Origin: Geosiphon pyriformis uo1
Lineage: Eukaryota; Fungi; Glomeromycota
Reading direction: 5' to 3'
Assembly (NCBI GenBank): GCA_016748015.1
Contig: JAAOMT010000675.1
Coordinates: 496,001-560,000 of the forward strand
DNA: 64,000 nucleotides
Under the pieces are notes generated by a model, which worked only from the letters and a program-made list of their open reading frames with translations, was not told where the DNA came from and ran no database searches. Both the position numbers and the translations under genes were made by a program. Positions 1 through 15,765 of this stretch are shown here, one piece after another (within the stretch, counting starts at the first letter, position 1; each line of letters begins with the position of its first letter).

Positions 1-1686
<1,686 letters not shown>

Positions 1687-2659
1687 TATCATGATTAACT
1701 TCATTTGGTTTTGAGTTACACTTTTAGTTAACAATATTTAAATTAAGGTATTAATGGGGGTATTAAATCTTGCATGAAAACATCATAATGTACTATTAGC
1801 GTCGTAATGCATTCAATTTGATCAGAAGTCGAAACATATTATCAATTATTACCTAATAAATTAAAATTCAGTTTCTCACAAGTTTATGCATTAAATGTTC
1901 ATAACCAAATATTTAAGTGATAACTTTATATTTGCTTGTTTTGGTATAAATGTTTTTTTCCCTCCCAAAAAAAAAGACGCGACATTTAAAATTGGATAAC
2001 GTTTTGATTACATTATATAATGGTGGGTGGTTAGTTTTAGAATTTCTTTGTTCACCAATTAAGACTTGCTAACTAAAACGTCAATATAGAAAAATTGAAT
2101 CAATAGTAGCATTAAATTTATAATAATAAATATGTAATAGTATAAAGAAATAAAGATACAATTATAGTTTCTATAAATATTGGAATTTTGAAAGAAACAA
2201 ATACCTAGTTCCATTTAGTCCTATCTTTTTGTAATCTTGTTTATGAAATTAATTTTTCAAAATTTTTTTGGTTTTGATTAATTTGAAAGTTGACATGTTT
2301 TTTTTATGCGAAACTACATTCTCCTTTATACCAAATTTTAGAGTAATTAAAGAAGGAATTTTTGATACGACAATTTGTGTTTCCAATTATTCAATGATAA
2401 ATTAAATGAAGAACCAGGTGAAGCAAATAAGGAATAAAAGAAAGGAAGAGGCTCAATTTTTGATCGATTGAAATATGTTTTATATGAGTGTGTTAATTGA
2501 TTGAATAAATTTGTCAAAGCCAAGTATTTGCACTTGGCATTAATAAAATTAATGCACTTCTAATTTTTGAAATATTTAATAAGGCAACACAAATTTTGGT
2601 CGTGATGAAATTGTTATATATAATATAATATTAATTTAATTTAAATAAAATAAAATATG

Positions 2660-3978
<1,319 letters not shown>

Positions 3979-5029
3979 GGTTTAAATTATATGTACGTTA
4001 TTATTATATATAAGTTAATAGATAGCGAAACTATAGACAAGGGAAGTAATGGAGAGTTATTTATGAGAAAGGTAATTTTTCTAGGGACCTTCAGGAGTTT
4101 ACTTGAAATCGTGAAGGTAGGAAAGTAAAAAAGAGAGAGAAGGTTTGAAAGAGAAAGTTATTCGAAAGGAATGTAAAGAACGAAGAAAAAGGTGTGTTTA
4201 GGGTTAGATATTATCAGGGGATGGTATTTATTTTTTTCTATTTTCTCTATGTTTGGATAAAGTATTAGTTGGGAAAAAGGGAGGGCGAGTCTACGAGAGA
4301 GATATGCCGAAGTTTGGCAACACACAAATACCGTTACCGAATAATAATAAAATTTTACATTTCATATGCCTCTTTTTATGAGCATTTATGATAACTATTG
4401 TGGCGATTGTGCGTTTGGAACGACAACTGATAGTTATAATATTTGTTGCACTACCATTATCACCACAAATTTCTCGTACCCAAGTTTCAGTGAGAATACA
4501 CTGCATATGTACCTCTTTAACTCCCTTTAACGAATGACCGATAAAAATCGTCGAATATTCGATCAAATATATAATGTTGCTTTTGGATTATCCCTTTTCC
4601 GTCGCCACTAATTGGATCAGTTCAAAAAAGATCTCGCATTCCGCCGATTAATTATTTTTTTGCTCTTGATTACCCTTATTAATTTGAATTTTCCGTTCAG
4701 CTCTAATCGTGTCCCCCAAAAATGGAAAATATGCGTCTTAGAACATGTGTTTACATTCTATCAGCACCAACAAACAAACATATTGTTTTGCATGGTTTGA
4801 AGATCAATGAATGATCGACCAATGGAAATTTTTTTGTTACAAAGATCGTTTCTTTCGATCCTTTTTGAATAATAAATTGCCAATCGATCCCTCTTTTGTG
4901 ACGAGGCAAATTAAAAAAGCTATTGGTTCGTTTATCTACCATTGGAGAAAGTGAATTGTAAAATATTGAATGCTCCTGCAAATAATTAAATGATAATTGG
5001 GATGTGATCTGTCGAATGAATGTATAATT

Positions 5030-5045
5030 GGGGGGGGGGGGGGGG
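5030..5045 (+). repeat. G16 homopolymer
   Basis: 16 consecutive G upstream of ras1, at the edge of the AT-rich/TE zone. Confidence 0.9.
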
Positions 5046-5558
5046 TTTTTTCGAAAAATCAAAAAAATTCAAAAATTTTCAGGAGATAATGACCAATTTT
5101 GAAAATAAACACAATTGAAATCAATTTCTAAAATGCTAAATAATAAATATGCAATTGAATCTGTTAAAATTCAAATCATTTAGATAGATTAACCAGAATA
5201 TAATGATTCATTTACAGAATTTCAAACTATTACCTATTTAATAAACCAAAAAAACCTATTATTATTTACTCAAGTAATTTTTTAATACTTGTTTATTATA
5301 AATATGTTCAAGTATTCATTTTTAATATTTTCTTATAAAAAATTTTATTTAATTATTCTATATATTTTATACAATTTATTGATTTTTTATTTTTTAAATA
5401 TCACAAATAAATTTCTTCCTTTAAAAAAAAAAAAAAAAAGGTTTGTTTATTTGTTTTTCTGGCTTTTTTGGCTATTTAAGCCAGTATAAAAAAAATAAAA
5501 CAAGAAAAAAATAGCTTTGTTACTGGTTTGCCATTAAAAATCTTAAAAATTTTTATGG

Positions 5559-6510
5559 TGTTACTTGAAAAAAGAAAGCTTATCAAAGAAAGAAGGAAAA
5601 ACGTGACCTAAAGAAAAACATGACAAAACGTGAAGGGACACAGAATAATGTGCAATAACATTGAATAATGCGTTATAACATAGGATAACGTATTATAATG
5701 CAGGATAACACAAAATAACGAGTTATAATATAGAATAACGTGTTATAATGCAGGATAACACAGAATAACATGTAATAATATTAGATAACATGTTATAACA
5801 TAAAATAATTAGTTATAACATAAGAAAACGAAGTGATAGCTAGCAAGAACAGACGATCCAAAGCAATCCTGTAAAACTAGAAAATATATATATATAGCAG
5901 TAGTATTAAAAACAGAAAAAGAGGAATCCTTAGACAGAAATTCATCAGTCATCATTCCCTAGTTAGAAACCATCACATTCTAAAAATCAATAAAATATAC
6001 TTATCCAAACATCTCAAATCCAATTGCTTGCTATTAATTCTAAATGTTAATAGTAATTGATACTTAAACCACATAAGAACAATAGTTCTTGATCATGGCT
6101 ATTGACAAGATACTGACTTGCATTTGCCTTGGCTTATTTCTTTATTTTCTTTATTTTTTTATTTTCTTGTTTTATTTTTGTTGTGTATACTAATTGATTG
6201 AGGATTAAGCACTAAGTATTAATGTCAAAGATTGCCTGGTAAAAGACCCCTATGAGTGAGTAAACATATAAGAATTACAAATTGCTTATCAGAAAAGTAC
6301 TGGCCACTAAGCTGAGAAAAAAATTAATGGAATTGTGATTCCAAGAAGCTACAAATAAAATAATACAGAAGTCTTTGTCTATTATACAAAAAACTCCAAT
6401 CAAAACCTTCAGATTAAAACATCTTTAGACATTACCAGTTAGTTAAGCTATTGAGCACCGAGTTATGGGTTTGTTATTTGATTTGAGATCCCAAATAATT
6501 ACTTGTAACA
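5559..6510 (+). repeat. 5' LTR of element A
   Basis: Begins tgttacttga, ends cttgtaaca; colinear with 14813-15765; TATA-like box near 5885-5897. Confidence 0.93.
5636..5822 (+). repeat. Degenerate short-period tandem array in the U3 of LTR A (taacgtgttataatgcaggataacacagaa-like units)
   Basis: Repeated ataac/ataat-anchored units of about 10-11 bp; also at about 14890-15075 and, inverted, in both LTRs of B (about 24425-24610 and 33570-33760). Confidence 0.8.
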
Positions 6511-9500
6511 TTTGGTGCTTCTTGTGAGATATAATCTTACAAAGAACCCACACCAACAAACAACCATCCAAAAATGACAAAATCAAAAAGAATAGGAACA
6601 AACCATTTAGAATTTACTAAATCTTTATTTCAGTATTATTGTTAACACTTGGAATTAATTTACAATCACTTATCAACAAAATCTGTCTTCAACTTCTACA
6701 TTAATGAAAGAATCTCATATTTGTTAGAAATACCAGTAAAAACTAATTCAGCAAAAGGAAATTTTTACAACAAACTAATTCAAAACACCAGTCTATCAGC
6801 AAATTATAATTTCACAGCAATTTTCACTAAAATCAATAGAGAAATTAAACATCACACTCAACAAAAATATCTCATTACTTACACAATCAAAGATAAAAAA
6901 AAACTACAAACACCAGCAATAGCATCTTAGAAAATACAACCACTTACTTAGAAGAAAACAAGAGTCAAATTATTAACTTATCCATTATACTACTACACAC
7001 TCAGAAGTGCCATCAACATTTCATTAGCAGACACATCCACATCAAGCATGAAAACACCATTAGCATGAATACTATTTCAAAGTAAACAATTAAAAACCAA
7101 CTTATTAGAAACCTATGGTAAATATTTTGAAGGATTTAAATCATGATCACCAGCACCATCAAGATTTTGATCACTGCTACCTTCACCAGATTTTGGAACT
7201 GTGAGTTCTTGAGAAGTAACAGAATCAGAAAAAGAAGAAGACAACAATCAGGAATTCAATTACCAAAACCTAATTATAAAAAACCCAGAAGTTGAAATCC
7301 CAAATATTCAAACTCCGGAAAATCAGAACAATCCAAATTCTAATATTATTAATCAGCAACACTTACCTCCAGTAATCGTGATCAATCAGCCATTAATTGA
7401 ATTAATTGCTGAACCAATTCAACAGCCATAAATATTACTTTAACCACAATCACAACAACCACTTCAACAACTGCCACAACAAATGGCATATGTACTAATT
7501 GCCAAAATTGAAAAATTTACTGGCAAAAAAGATGACATACAAATGTGGCTGAATGATGTGAAAAAAGTCATTGCAGCCAATGGATGAAACAATACCAGAG
7601 CACTCCAAGCCATCTTATATTTTCTCTAGAATATTGCTAATTCATAATATCAAAGCTTGGCCAACAAATCTCAAGATTTCAATGCATTCAAACTTGAATT
7701 TCTACAATATTTTAGCAACAATAATAGTATTAATTGTTTAGTTAATACTTTCACCACTATTAAACAAGGAGACACCAAAGCAGTTACCACTTACTTGGGA
7801 CACTTTCACAAGAATCTATGTCAAATTCAGGCAATACAAGCTAATTATTTTACCATGCCACAAATCTTGAATCAATTAATTAGAGGTCTGCACAGTAGTA
7901 TTCTCCAATGCATACATTTATTACACCCAACAAATCTTTAAGCCACAGTCACAAATATCAGAGATTTGAAAGCTGCTAAACTTGAAGCCAGCCATGCCTT
8001 AACTGTAAATTTAGTAATGAATAGATCATCTGACCTGAATTCCAAATTGAAGCAGTTTAGTGATTCAATTAATCAGAAACTAGAAGGCTACTTAGCTGAC
8101 AATTGAGCAATTTATTAGTCTCCACAATAATGCAATAATTCAGGAAATGCAAATTACTTCCAAAATCAGTCGTACCCATTATTATTATCATTCAATCAGC
8201 CATGGCAGTAAAAGACACATATTTGCCATAACTGTAGTAAACAAGGTCATCTCAGAGCTAATTGCAAGGCATATCACAATCAACCACAGTTAGAGAATCA
8301 ATATCAAAACCCTGATTGCAGATTTCAAATTTTGAATCACTATCCAAATCAAGATCACTATCAACCATATTACATTCAAGTAGCATAGCAACCCATCTAC
8401 CAAACCCCAATTTATTAAATTCCAGCACCAGTTATTTACCAACCACAGCCACAAGTGATATATTAACCCCAACAAATTCAAACTCGTCACAAAATCCAAC
8501 TCAGATGTTATCTGGAAACCAAAAACCGAAAATCATTTAGCAAAACTGGAGATTAGCAATGGTTGTTTATCAACCAATCCCCAGTTCATTCAACTATGCT
8601 TTAGGATTACATCCCAAAAATTCGGAAAATGGGTACAACCAAAATCCAAGTTCCCAAAATTGAGTCTCCTGGTTACTTCAGAAAACACCTTGACTAATAA
8701 CCTGGAAACTACCTCAAAGCAAATAATCAACAACAACATACTTCCAGCTACCATTACTAATGACAAATCATTAGCAGTCATTTTTTCCTTTGAAATTGAG
8801 AGACCAACCAAAACTCTTTTCTTTAATGAAACTGCTCTTAATATAAAACCTATTACTGTCATGTACACTAATGCCAAGATCAATGGGCAGGCCATCAAGC
8901 TAATCTTAGACAGTGGTTTAGTAGACAGCATCATTACACAACAACTTATGGACCAATTAGGTCACTGAGTTGATTATGCTGTTAGTGCCAGAATTATTAC
9001 TGCTAATAGAGCTACCAAAACTTCAATTGGCAAAATTGACAATTTTCCTATCAAAGTCAATGGTATTATTGTATCAATCAAGGTTTTAGTCATAGAAGCC
9101 ACCTAGTACTAAGCTTTTATTGGTAATAACTGGCTGTCTAAAACTAATGCCATGCTTGACTAGAACATCCAGGAGCTACAACTCAGTCAAAATAGGCAAT
9201 ATACTAGAGTACTAGCCACCTGTTAACACTTCAAGATCACTACAACCACACCACTAATTGAATTGGAGAAAGAAAAAAAGAAATCTACCTGGGAAGCCTA
9301 CCAAGTTTTATGGACTGACACCGACCACAATAAATTACCATTAATACTGTTTTGGGATAACAAAGGGAAAGGAAAAGAAGAAAATAAGCCACAAGAAGAT
9401 ACTACCAACAAAATTACCAGTGGATGGGGAAGTTTCTATTCAACTAACACCAAATCAGAGCCACCCTATATCTCACTCAAGTGCAAGGACTGTAAGAAAA

Positions 9501-10369
9501 AGTTGTCCTTCATGGGAGCTTGAATTGCACCCAATAAAGACTACTGGATGTAAACCCATTATTATTGTAAACCATACTACCATGAATGCTACAGCTACCC
9601 AAAATAATAAAACAAGTGAGACAATGAACTATGTTTTGCTTGTGGCAAACAACTGCTTAACAAAGGAATGTGGAACAATATTTCTGGTCAAGAAGAAACA
9701 TGTGACGCATTGTGTCAATACACAATTCTTATTAGTGACTGGATAAGTCATAAAACACCTATTACAGCCACATAGCACCAAGTAATCTCTTGCTTGGACA
9801 GTTATCCACATGACAAAGATAAAATCTGGCAAATGGCCAATGCCAAAATAGAAGGCACTTTGCCCAGCAAAATTCTGAAAATAAAAAACAACTCCTCAGA
9901 ACCAGGTAATATTGTTCTTATACCCAACTCTGATATTTTTCTTGACATTGAAACTGGTCCAAAAGAGTTTTATAAATACTATCAGAATTTAGCACCCACA
10001 AAAAAAAAGCAGGAACAATGATTAGAAGAAATAAACACCTAATTATGTAATCACTGTTTGATTCTATGTGACTTTTAATATTGCAATAAATATGACTTTA
10101 TTTACAATCCATTACCATGCATGATCTACATGATCTCAGAAGAACATAAACCAATCAGCAACTGCATATTGAAATCAGAATTACAGTTCAATTCCAGTTC
10201 AAACTCTAACAATAATAACAACAAAAACAACAATTCCAGCTTTGTTCAAAATAACAATAAAAATAGCAATGATTCAAACTTTAATTCAAATCCAGAATAA
10301 TATATCGCAATTCTTGATCTTACCAAGGAACAAAAACTTAAATGGTTTAGCAATAACAATAAAGGTATT

Positions 10370-10770
10370 ATGCCAGAACATGCACATAATACTAATATAG
10401 AGTTTGATTTGAGATATTCCAAAAAAGATGCCATCAAATTGGAACCACACTCACACACCTATATTGATCTGAAAATAGCATTGGAAATTCTGGCAACAAC
10501 AATGGTTCAGTTAACATTTAGGAATAGTTTAGCAAAAAAAGAAATTAATATAAGAGAAGGAATAATTGATGCAGGATATGTAGGAAATATTATTGCTATG
10601 CTCCAAAATGATTTAAAAAAAACCTATATTATAGAGCCAAACAAAAAGATAGCACAGACAATATTCCTGTTTCTGGTTAAGATAGCTCAGCTACTGTTAG
10701 TGGAAAACAGGAAAGAATTAGGAACAACAGCAAGAGGGATAAGTGGATTTGGATCCATGGGTAGAATAGA
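10370..10770 (+). pseudogene. dUTPase domain within the pol of element A
   Basis: All five trimeric dUTPase motifs in degenerate form: (AG)FDLRY, RNSLAKK, GIIDAGYVGNI, KIAQ, RGISGFGS. Confidence 0.9.
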
Positions 10771-13700
10771 TGTAACAGTCAATATGACAGAAGAAAGGAT
10801 TGTTGACAAGAGAAAAATTATTTTTACCTGTCAACCAATCTCTATTTCATCATATGACTAGTATATAATAGCCATAGAAAAGAAAGTAAAGAATCAGATT
10901 CAAATATTTAAAGCAGAAGCCACAATCTGTGAATCAGGAAAAATTAGACTCACAAATCTTTATATATCAGCCAAAAGTCCAAAACACATCAAAATTCTCA
11001 TACACAACACAACTAGAAATGTCATTGAAATACCAAAAAAAACCATCATAGGATATTTAAGCACTAAAGTTGAAGACCAACCACCAAACACCATTCCAGA
11101 TTTTTTACAGCTTTGTGGATATGTAGATATCACATTACAAACAATTTATAGATAGAATAAATGTTATTTGTTCCAACCAGAACAATTAGAACAGATGAAC
11201 TTGGAAAATCTAAACCCACTCCAATGTATGCAACTCAAGATGCTACTCAACAACTTTACTGATATCTTTGCCAGTGAAGATAAATTTAGCAGAACTAATA
11301 TTATCCAGCATCAGATTAAAACTGGTAATACAATGCCAATTAAACAGCAAACATACAGAGTATTACCAGCCAGCCATAAAATCATCTGCCAGGAAATTAA
11401 CAGAATGTTAAACAATAGGTTAATTCAACTATCAATGAGTCTGTGATTGTTACCAGTGGTACTTGTCCATAAGAAAAATGGGAAAATTTGCTTTTGTGTG
11501 GATTACAGAAAACTCAACAGTGTAACTTGTGGAGATAGCTATCCAACTCCATGGATCTAAGAGCTATTCGATGCTTTTGGAGAGAACAAATGATTTTTAA
11601 TACTGGATTTAGACAGTAATTATTAGCAAGTAGCCATGAATTCAGCCAACAAAAAAAAAATTGTATTTACAACAAAAGAGAGAAATTTTGAATTCAAAAT
11701 AATGCCATTTGGCTTAATGAATGCTTCAGTTATATTCCAATGGCTAATAGAAATTGTTTACACTGAACTACTATGGAAATCAGTAGTTGTGTACTTAGAT
11801 AACACCAATGTGTTCTCCAAGACATTTGATGATCATTTACACCATCTTCAACAAGTGTTTAAAAGATTAAAAAGAGCTGGATTAAAGTTAAATATGACCA
11901 AGTGCTTCTTTAAGAAAACTGAACTCAAGTTTTTGGAACATGTTATGAGCAAAAACGGCATTAAAACAGATTCAGACAAGATTAAAATTGTCAAAAACTT
12001 TCTAGTACCAAATAATCTTACAGAACTAAGAGCATTCTTAGAATTTACAGAGTATTATTACTGCTTTATCCAGAACTTTTCAAAAATAGCTCAACTATTC
12101 TACCAGCTTCAAGCCAAAAATGTGAAGTACAAATAGACTAGAAAGCAATAAGAAGCTTTTGACATTTTGAGAAGAAAACTCATTCAAGCTTCAGTATTAA
12201 TCTATCCAGATCACAGCAAACCATTCATCATTACCACAGATGCATCAGATCAAGCATTGGGAGCAGTACTATCACAAAAAAGACTGGATGGAAAAGAACA
12301 TCCAGTAGCTTATGTTAGCCAAAGCTTAAGCCCAACAGAAAGAAATTATAGAACACCAATACTGGAACACTTAGTTATTTATTGGGCAGTTATAAAATGG
12401 AAAGAATACTTAAGCCAGAAATTTGATATATATACTGATCACAAAGAATTGACATCAATCCAAAAATAAGAATTTGGAGATAACTGTCATGTCAAATGAA
12501 AAATAGAACTTTTACCATTCAAATATACAGTACATTATAAAAGGGGAAAAAAAATGGAAATGCTGACAGTTTGTCATAAATGAAACAAATCTAAGAACAT
12601 TTCAATCCAAAAATATAACAAAAGATGAATACACAAAAATATCAACAACTTTAACATTTTATAAATACTCAACAGTTCAAGGAGAAATTATCTCCAAAAG
12701 AACGAACTTATATCAAACAATAGTCCAAATATTTTATCAATCACCAAAATATACTTTATCGGAAAAACAGAAAAAATCTTAAACAACCAACCAGAGTAAT
12801 CACAGAACCAGAAAAGGAAACAATACTATTTAATATATAAAGAAGTAATCATAGAAAGAACCAGAAATAGATATTATTGGCCATCCATATATCCAGATAT
12901 CATCCAATATGTTCAAAATTGTGATGCTTGTTAGAGAAAAGAAGGAACAAAATCCAGTGAGCCATTAAGACCAATCAAAGTAGGACAACTGTTTAATTGT
13001 ATTGAAATTGACTTAGTTGGATCATTAACAATCACCAGCAAAGACAACAGATATATTGTAGTAGCCATAAATTATCTTACTAAATGGCCAGAAGCAAAAG
13101 CAATTCAAAGAGCAAATGCAGAATCCATTGCCAAATTTGTCCATCAAGATCTGATTTGTTAACACAGATATTCAAAAGAATTATTATGTAATCAAAGAAC
13201 TTACTTTGTGAATAGAACATTAACAGAACTAAGTCAAAAATTCAGAATAAAAAGACTATTATCATTACTATATTACCCACAAACCAATAGATTAGTCAAA
13301 AGATTCAATAAAACATTGTGCAAAGTGATAGCCAAAATCAGCCAAAAAAACCAGAACAAATGTGATTTATTCATACCATCAGTATTATTTGCTTATTAGA
13401 CAATAAAACAAGATACTACACAAGCAACACCATATGAATTAGTATATGGTAGAACAGCAATATTACCAGTTGAGATAAAGGTTAATATATATCTAATAGA
13501 ACCAATAACAGAAAATAATTTCCAAGAAACATTGCTGAGAAGAACATATGACTTAATGGAAATACTAAAAAACAAATAGCAAAGAGCAGCTGATAACATC
13601 CAAAAATTACAAAAAAAACAAAAAAAAAGATATAATAACCAACTATTAGATAAACCAGTCAAATTTAGAATTGGAGACAAAGTACTGTTATATCATACCA

Positions 13701-14812
13701 AAGTAGAAAAACAATGAAATAAAAAGTTTAATCCAAAATGGAATGGACCATTTCACATACATGAAATTTTGGAAAACAGATCTTACAAGTTACAATTAGA
13801 AAACAGAATTCTGAAAAAAACAACACATAGAAATCATTTAAAAATTTATCAAACAACACAAAGATCGACATCATTAGTACTATAACTAGAAACACAAATT
13901 CTATTAATCAGACCAAAAGATATATTATAAAATATAGAACTAATCATAATTATCAAAACATAGCTATACACATGCCAAAATTTAAATACTATATGTATAT
14001 AAGCCTTGAGACTGCAAAAAAAAGAATGATAAAAATTTCAAACATGAACCTTTCAAACAAAATTTTAAAATTATCTAAACAATTATTTGATGAAATTCAA
14101 AAATCTACATCTCAAATAGAAATTATAATTGATAAAAAAAAGATAAGATATAGAGATAAGAGGAAGAAAAGAATAAGTAAGAGTTTAACTAAAACTAATC
14201 ATTCTCATTTCTGCTCTCCATCCAGAAAGAAAATTTTACAAAAAAAAATTAAATATATTTTTTGGACGGGATGTAAAAAAAAAGGAAAGGAAAAAGAAGA
14301 AAGAGTGGAAAAATTAGATAGAAGACAAAAAAACAATTATATACATATTTGGCTTTTAAGCTAGAAAAAATGAAAAAATCTTTAACTTGTGAGACCAAAC
14401 TTCCCGAAACAGGGGAGTAGACACCAAACAATGTCCAGAAGTAGAAAAAAAGACTCCTTCCAACATATTGGTTTTACAAAATTAGAAAACAACTAGACTT
14501 TAAAAATTCATACAGAGACTACAACCAAAAAACTTTCAACAAATAGAAAAATTTGTAGAAAAGAGCAACTTAACATTACACTACAAAGCAGCATGTTGAT
14601 TATATATCACTTTCTGACATTGTTCAAACATACTATTGAATGAATTGTTGAAAAAGATAACAGTCAACAACATAAGACAAATAACCAATTAACAGTTCAA
14701 AAATCTACAAAAAACTATAATTGACATAACCATCGAATATTACACAAACAAAGTTCTATTAACAGACATAACCAATTTCGCAGGAGCTCAATATTAAAAA
14801 AAAAAGAGATAA

Positions 14813-15765
14813 TGTTATTTGAAGAAAGAAAGCTTATCAAAGAAAAAAGAAAAAACATGACTTAAAGAAAAACATAACAAAACATAAAGAGACACAGAAT
14901 AATACACAATAACATTGAATAATACATTATAACATAAGATAACATATTATAATGCAGGATAACACAGAATAACTCATTATAATATAGGATAATATGTTAT
15001 AATACAAGATAACATGGAATAATGTGTAATAATATCAAATAACGTGTTATAACATAGAATAATTAGTTATAATGTAAAAAAACAAAGTGATAGTTAGCAA
15101 GAACAGACAATCCAAAGCAATCCTGTAAAACTAAAAAATATATATATATAACAGTAGTATTAGAAACAGAAAAAGAGAAATTTCCAGACAGAAATTCATC
15201 AGTCATTATTCTTTAATTAGAAACCATTACATTCTAAAAATTAATAAAATATACTTATCCAAACATCTCAAATCTAATTATTTGCTATTAATTCTAAATG
15301 TTAATAATAATTAATATTTAAATTATATGGGAACAATAGTTTTTAATTATGGCTATTGATGAGATACTGACTTGTATTTGCTTTGGCTTATTTCTTTATT
15401 TTCTTTATCTTTTTATTTTCTTGCTTTATTTTTGTTGTGTATACTAATTGATTAAAGATTAAGTGCTAAGTATTAACATTAAGGATTGTCTGGTAAAAGG
15501 CCCCTGCGAGTGAGTAAAATGCATAAGAATTACAGATTGCTTACCAGAGGAGTGCTGACCACTAAACTGAGAAAAAAATTGATGAAATTGTAATTCCAGG
15601 AAGCTACGAATAAAATAACATAGGAGTCTCTGTCTATTATACAAAGAACTCCAATCAAAACCTTCAGATTAAAATACTTTCAAACATTACCAGTTAATTA
15701 GGCTATTGAGCACCAAGTTATGAGTTTGTTATTTGATTTGAAACCCCAAATAATTACTTATAACA
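14813..15765 (+). repeat. 3' LTR of element A
   Basis: Begins tgttatttga after an A/G-rich PPT and ends cttataaca; homologous to 5559-6510. Confidence 0.93.

Larger units (their letters stand above)
5559..15765 (+). mobile_element. Ty3/Gypsy LTR retrotransposon A, two LTRs, decayed (Gag-ZnK-PR-Cys-rich-dUTPase-RT-RNaseH-IN-ORF3)
   Basis: LTRs 5559-6510 and 14813-15765 (TG...CA, about 952 bp). PBS tttggtgcttcttgtgag follows the 5' LTR and a purine tract precedes the 3' LTR. ORF fragments include LILDSG (protease), MPFGLMNA and VYLDN (RT), TTDASD (RNase H) and YYPQTNRLVKRFN (integrase). The flanks (ATGG / CCAT) are not a direct repeat. Confidence 0.93.

Noticed and set aside
4291-5489. Short ORFs upstream of ras1
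   Set aside because: No recognisable motifs, mostly non-ATG starts and low complexity; the region is best read as promoter/intergenic DNA.
5636-5822. Tandem arrays in the LTRs as a CRISPR-like array
   Set aside because: No unique spacers, eukaryotic context, and the arrays are duplicated in paired LTRs; they are U3 enhancer-type repeats.
6574-13960. Frequent in-frame TGA/TAA/TAG in pol as stop-codon recoding or selenocysteine
   Set aside because: The stops sit at positions of Arg/Gln/Trp and differ between copies, and host genes use the standard code; they are mutational damage.
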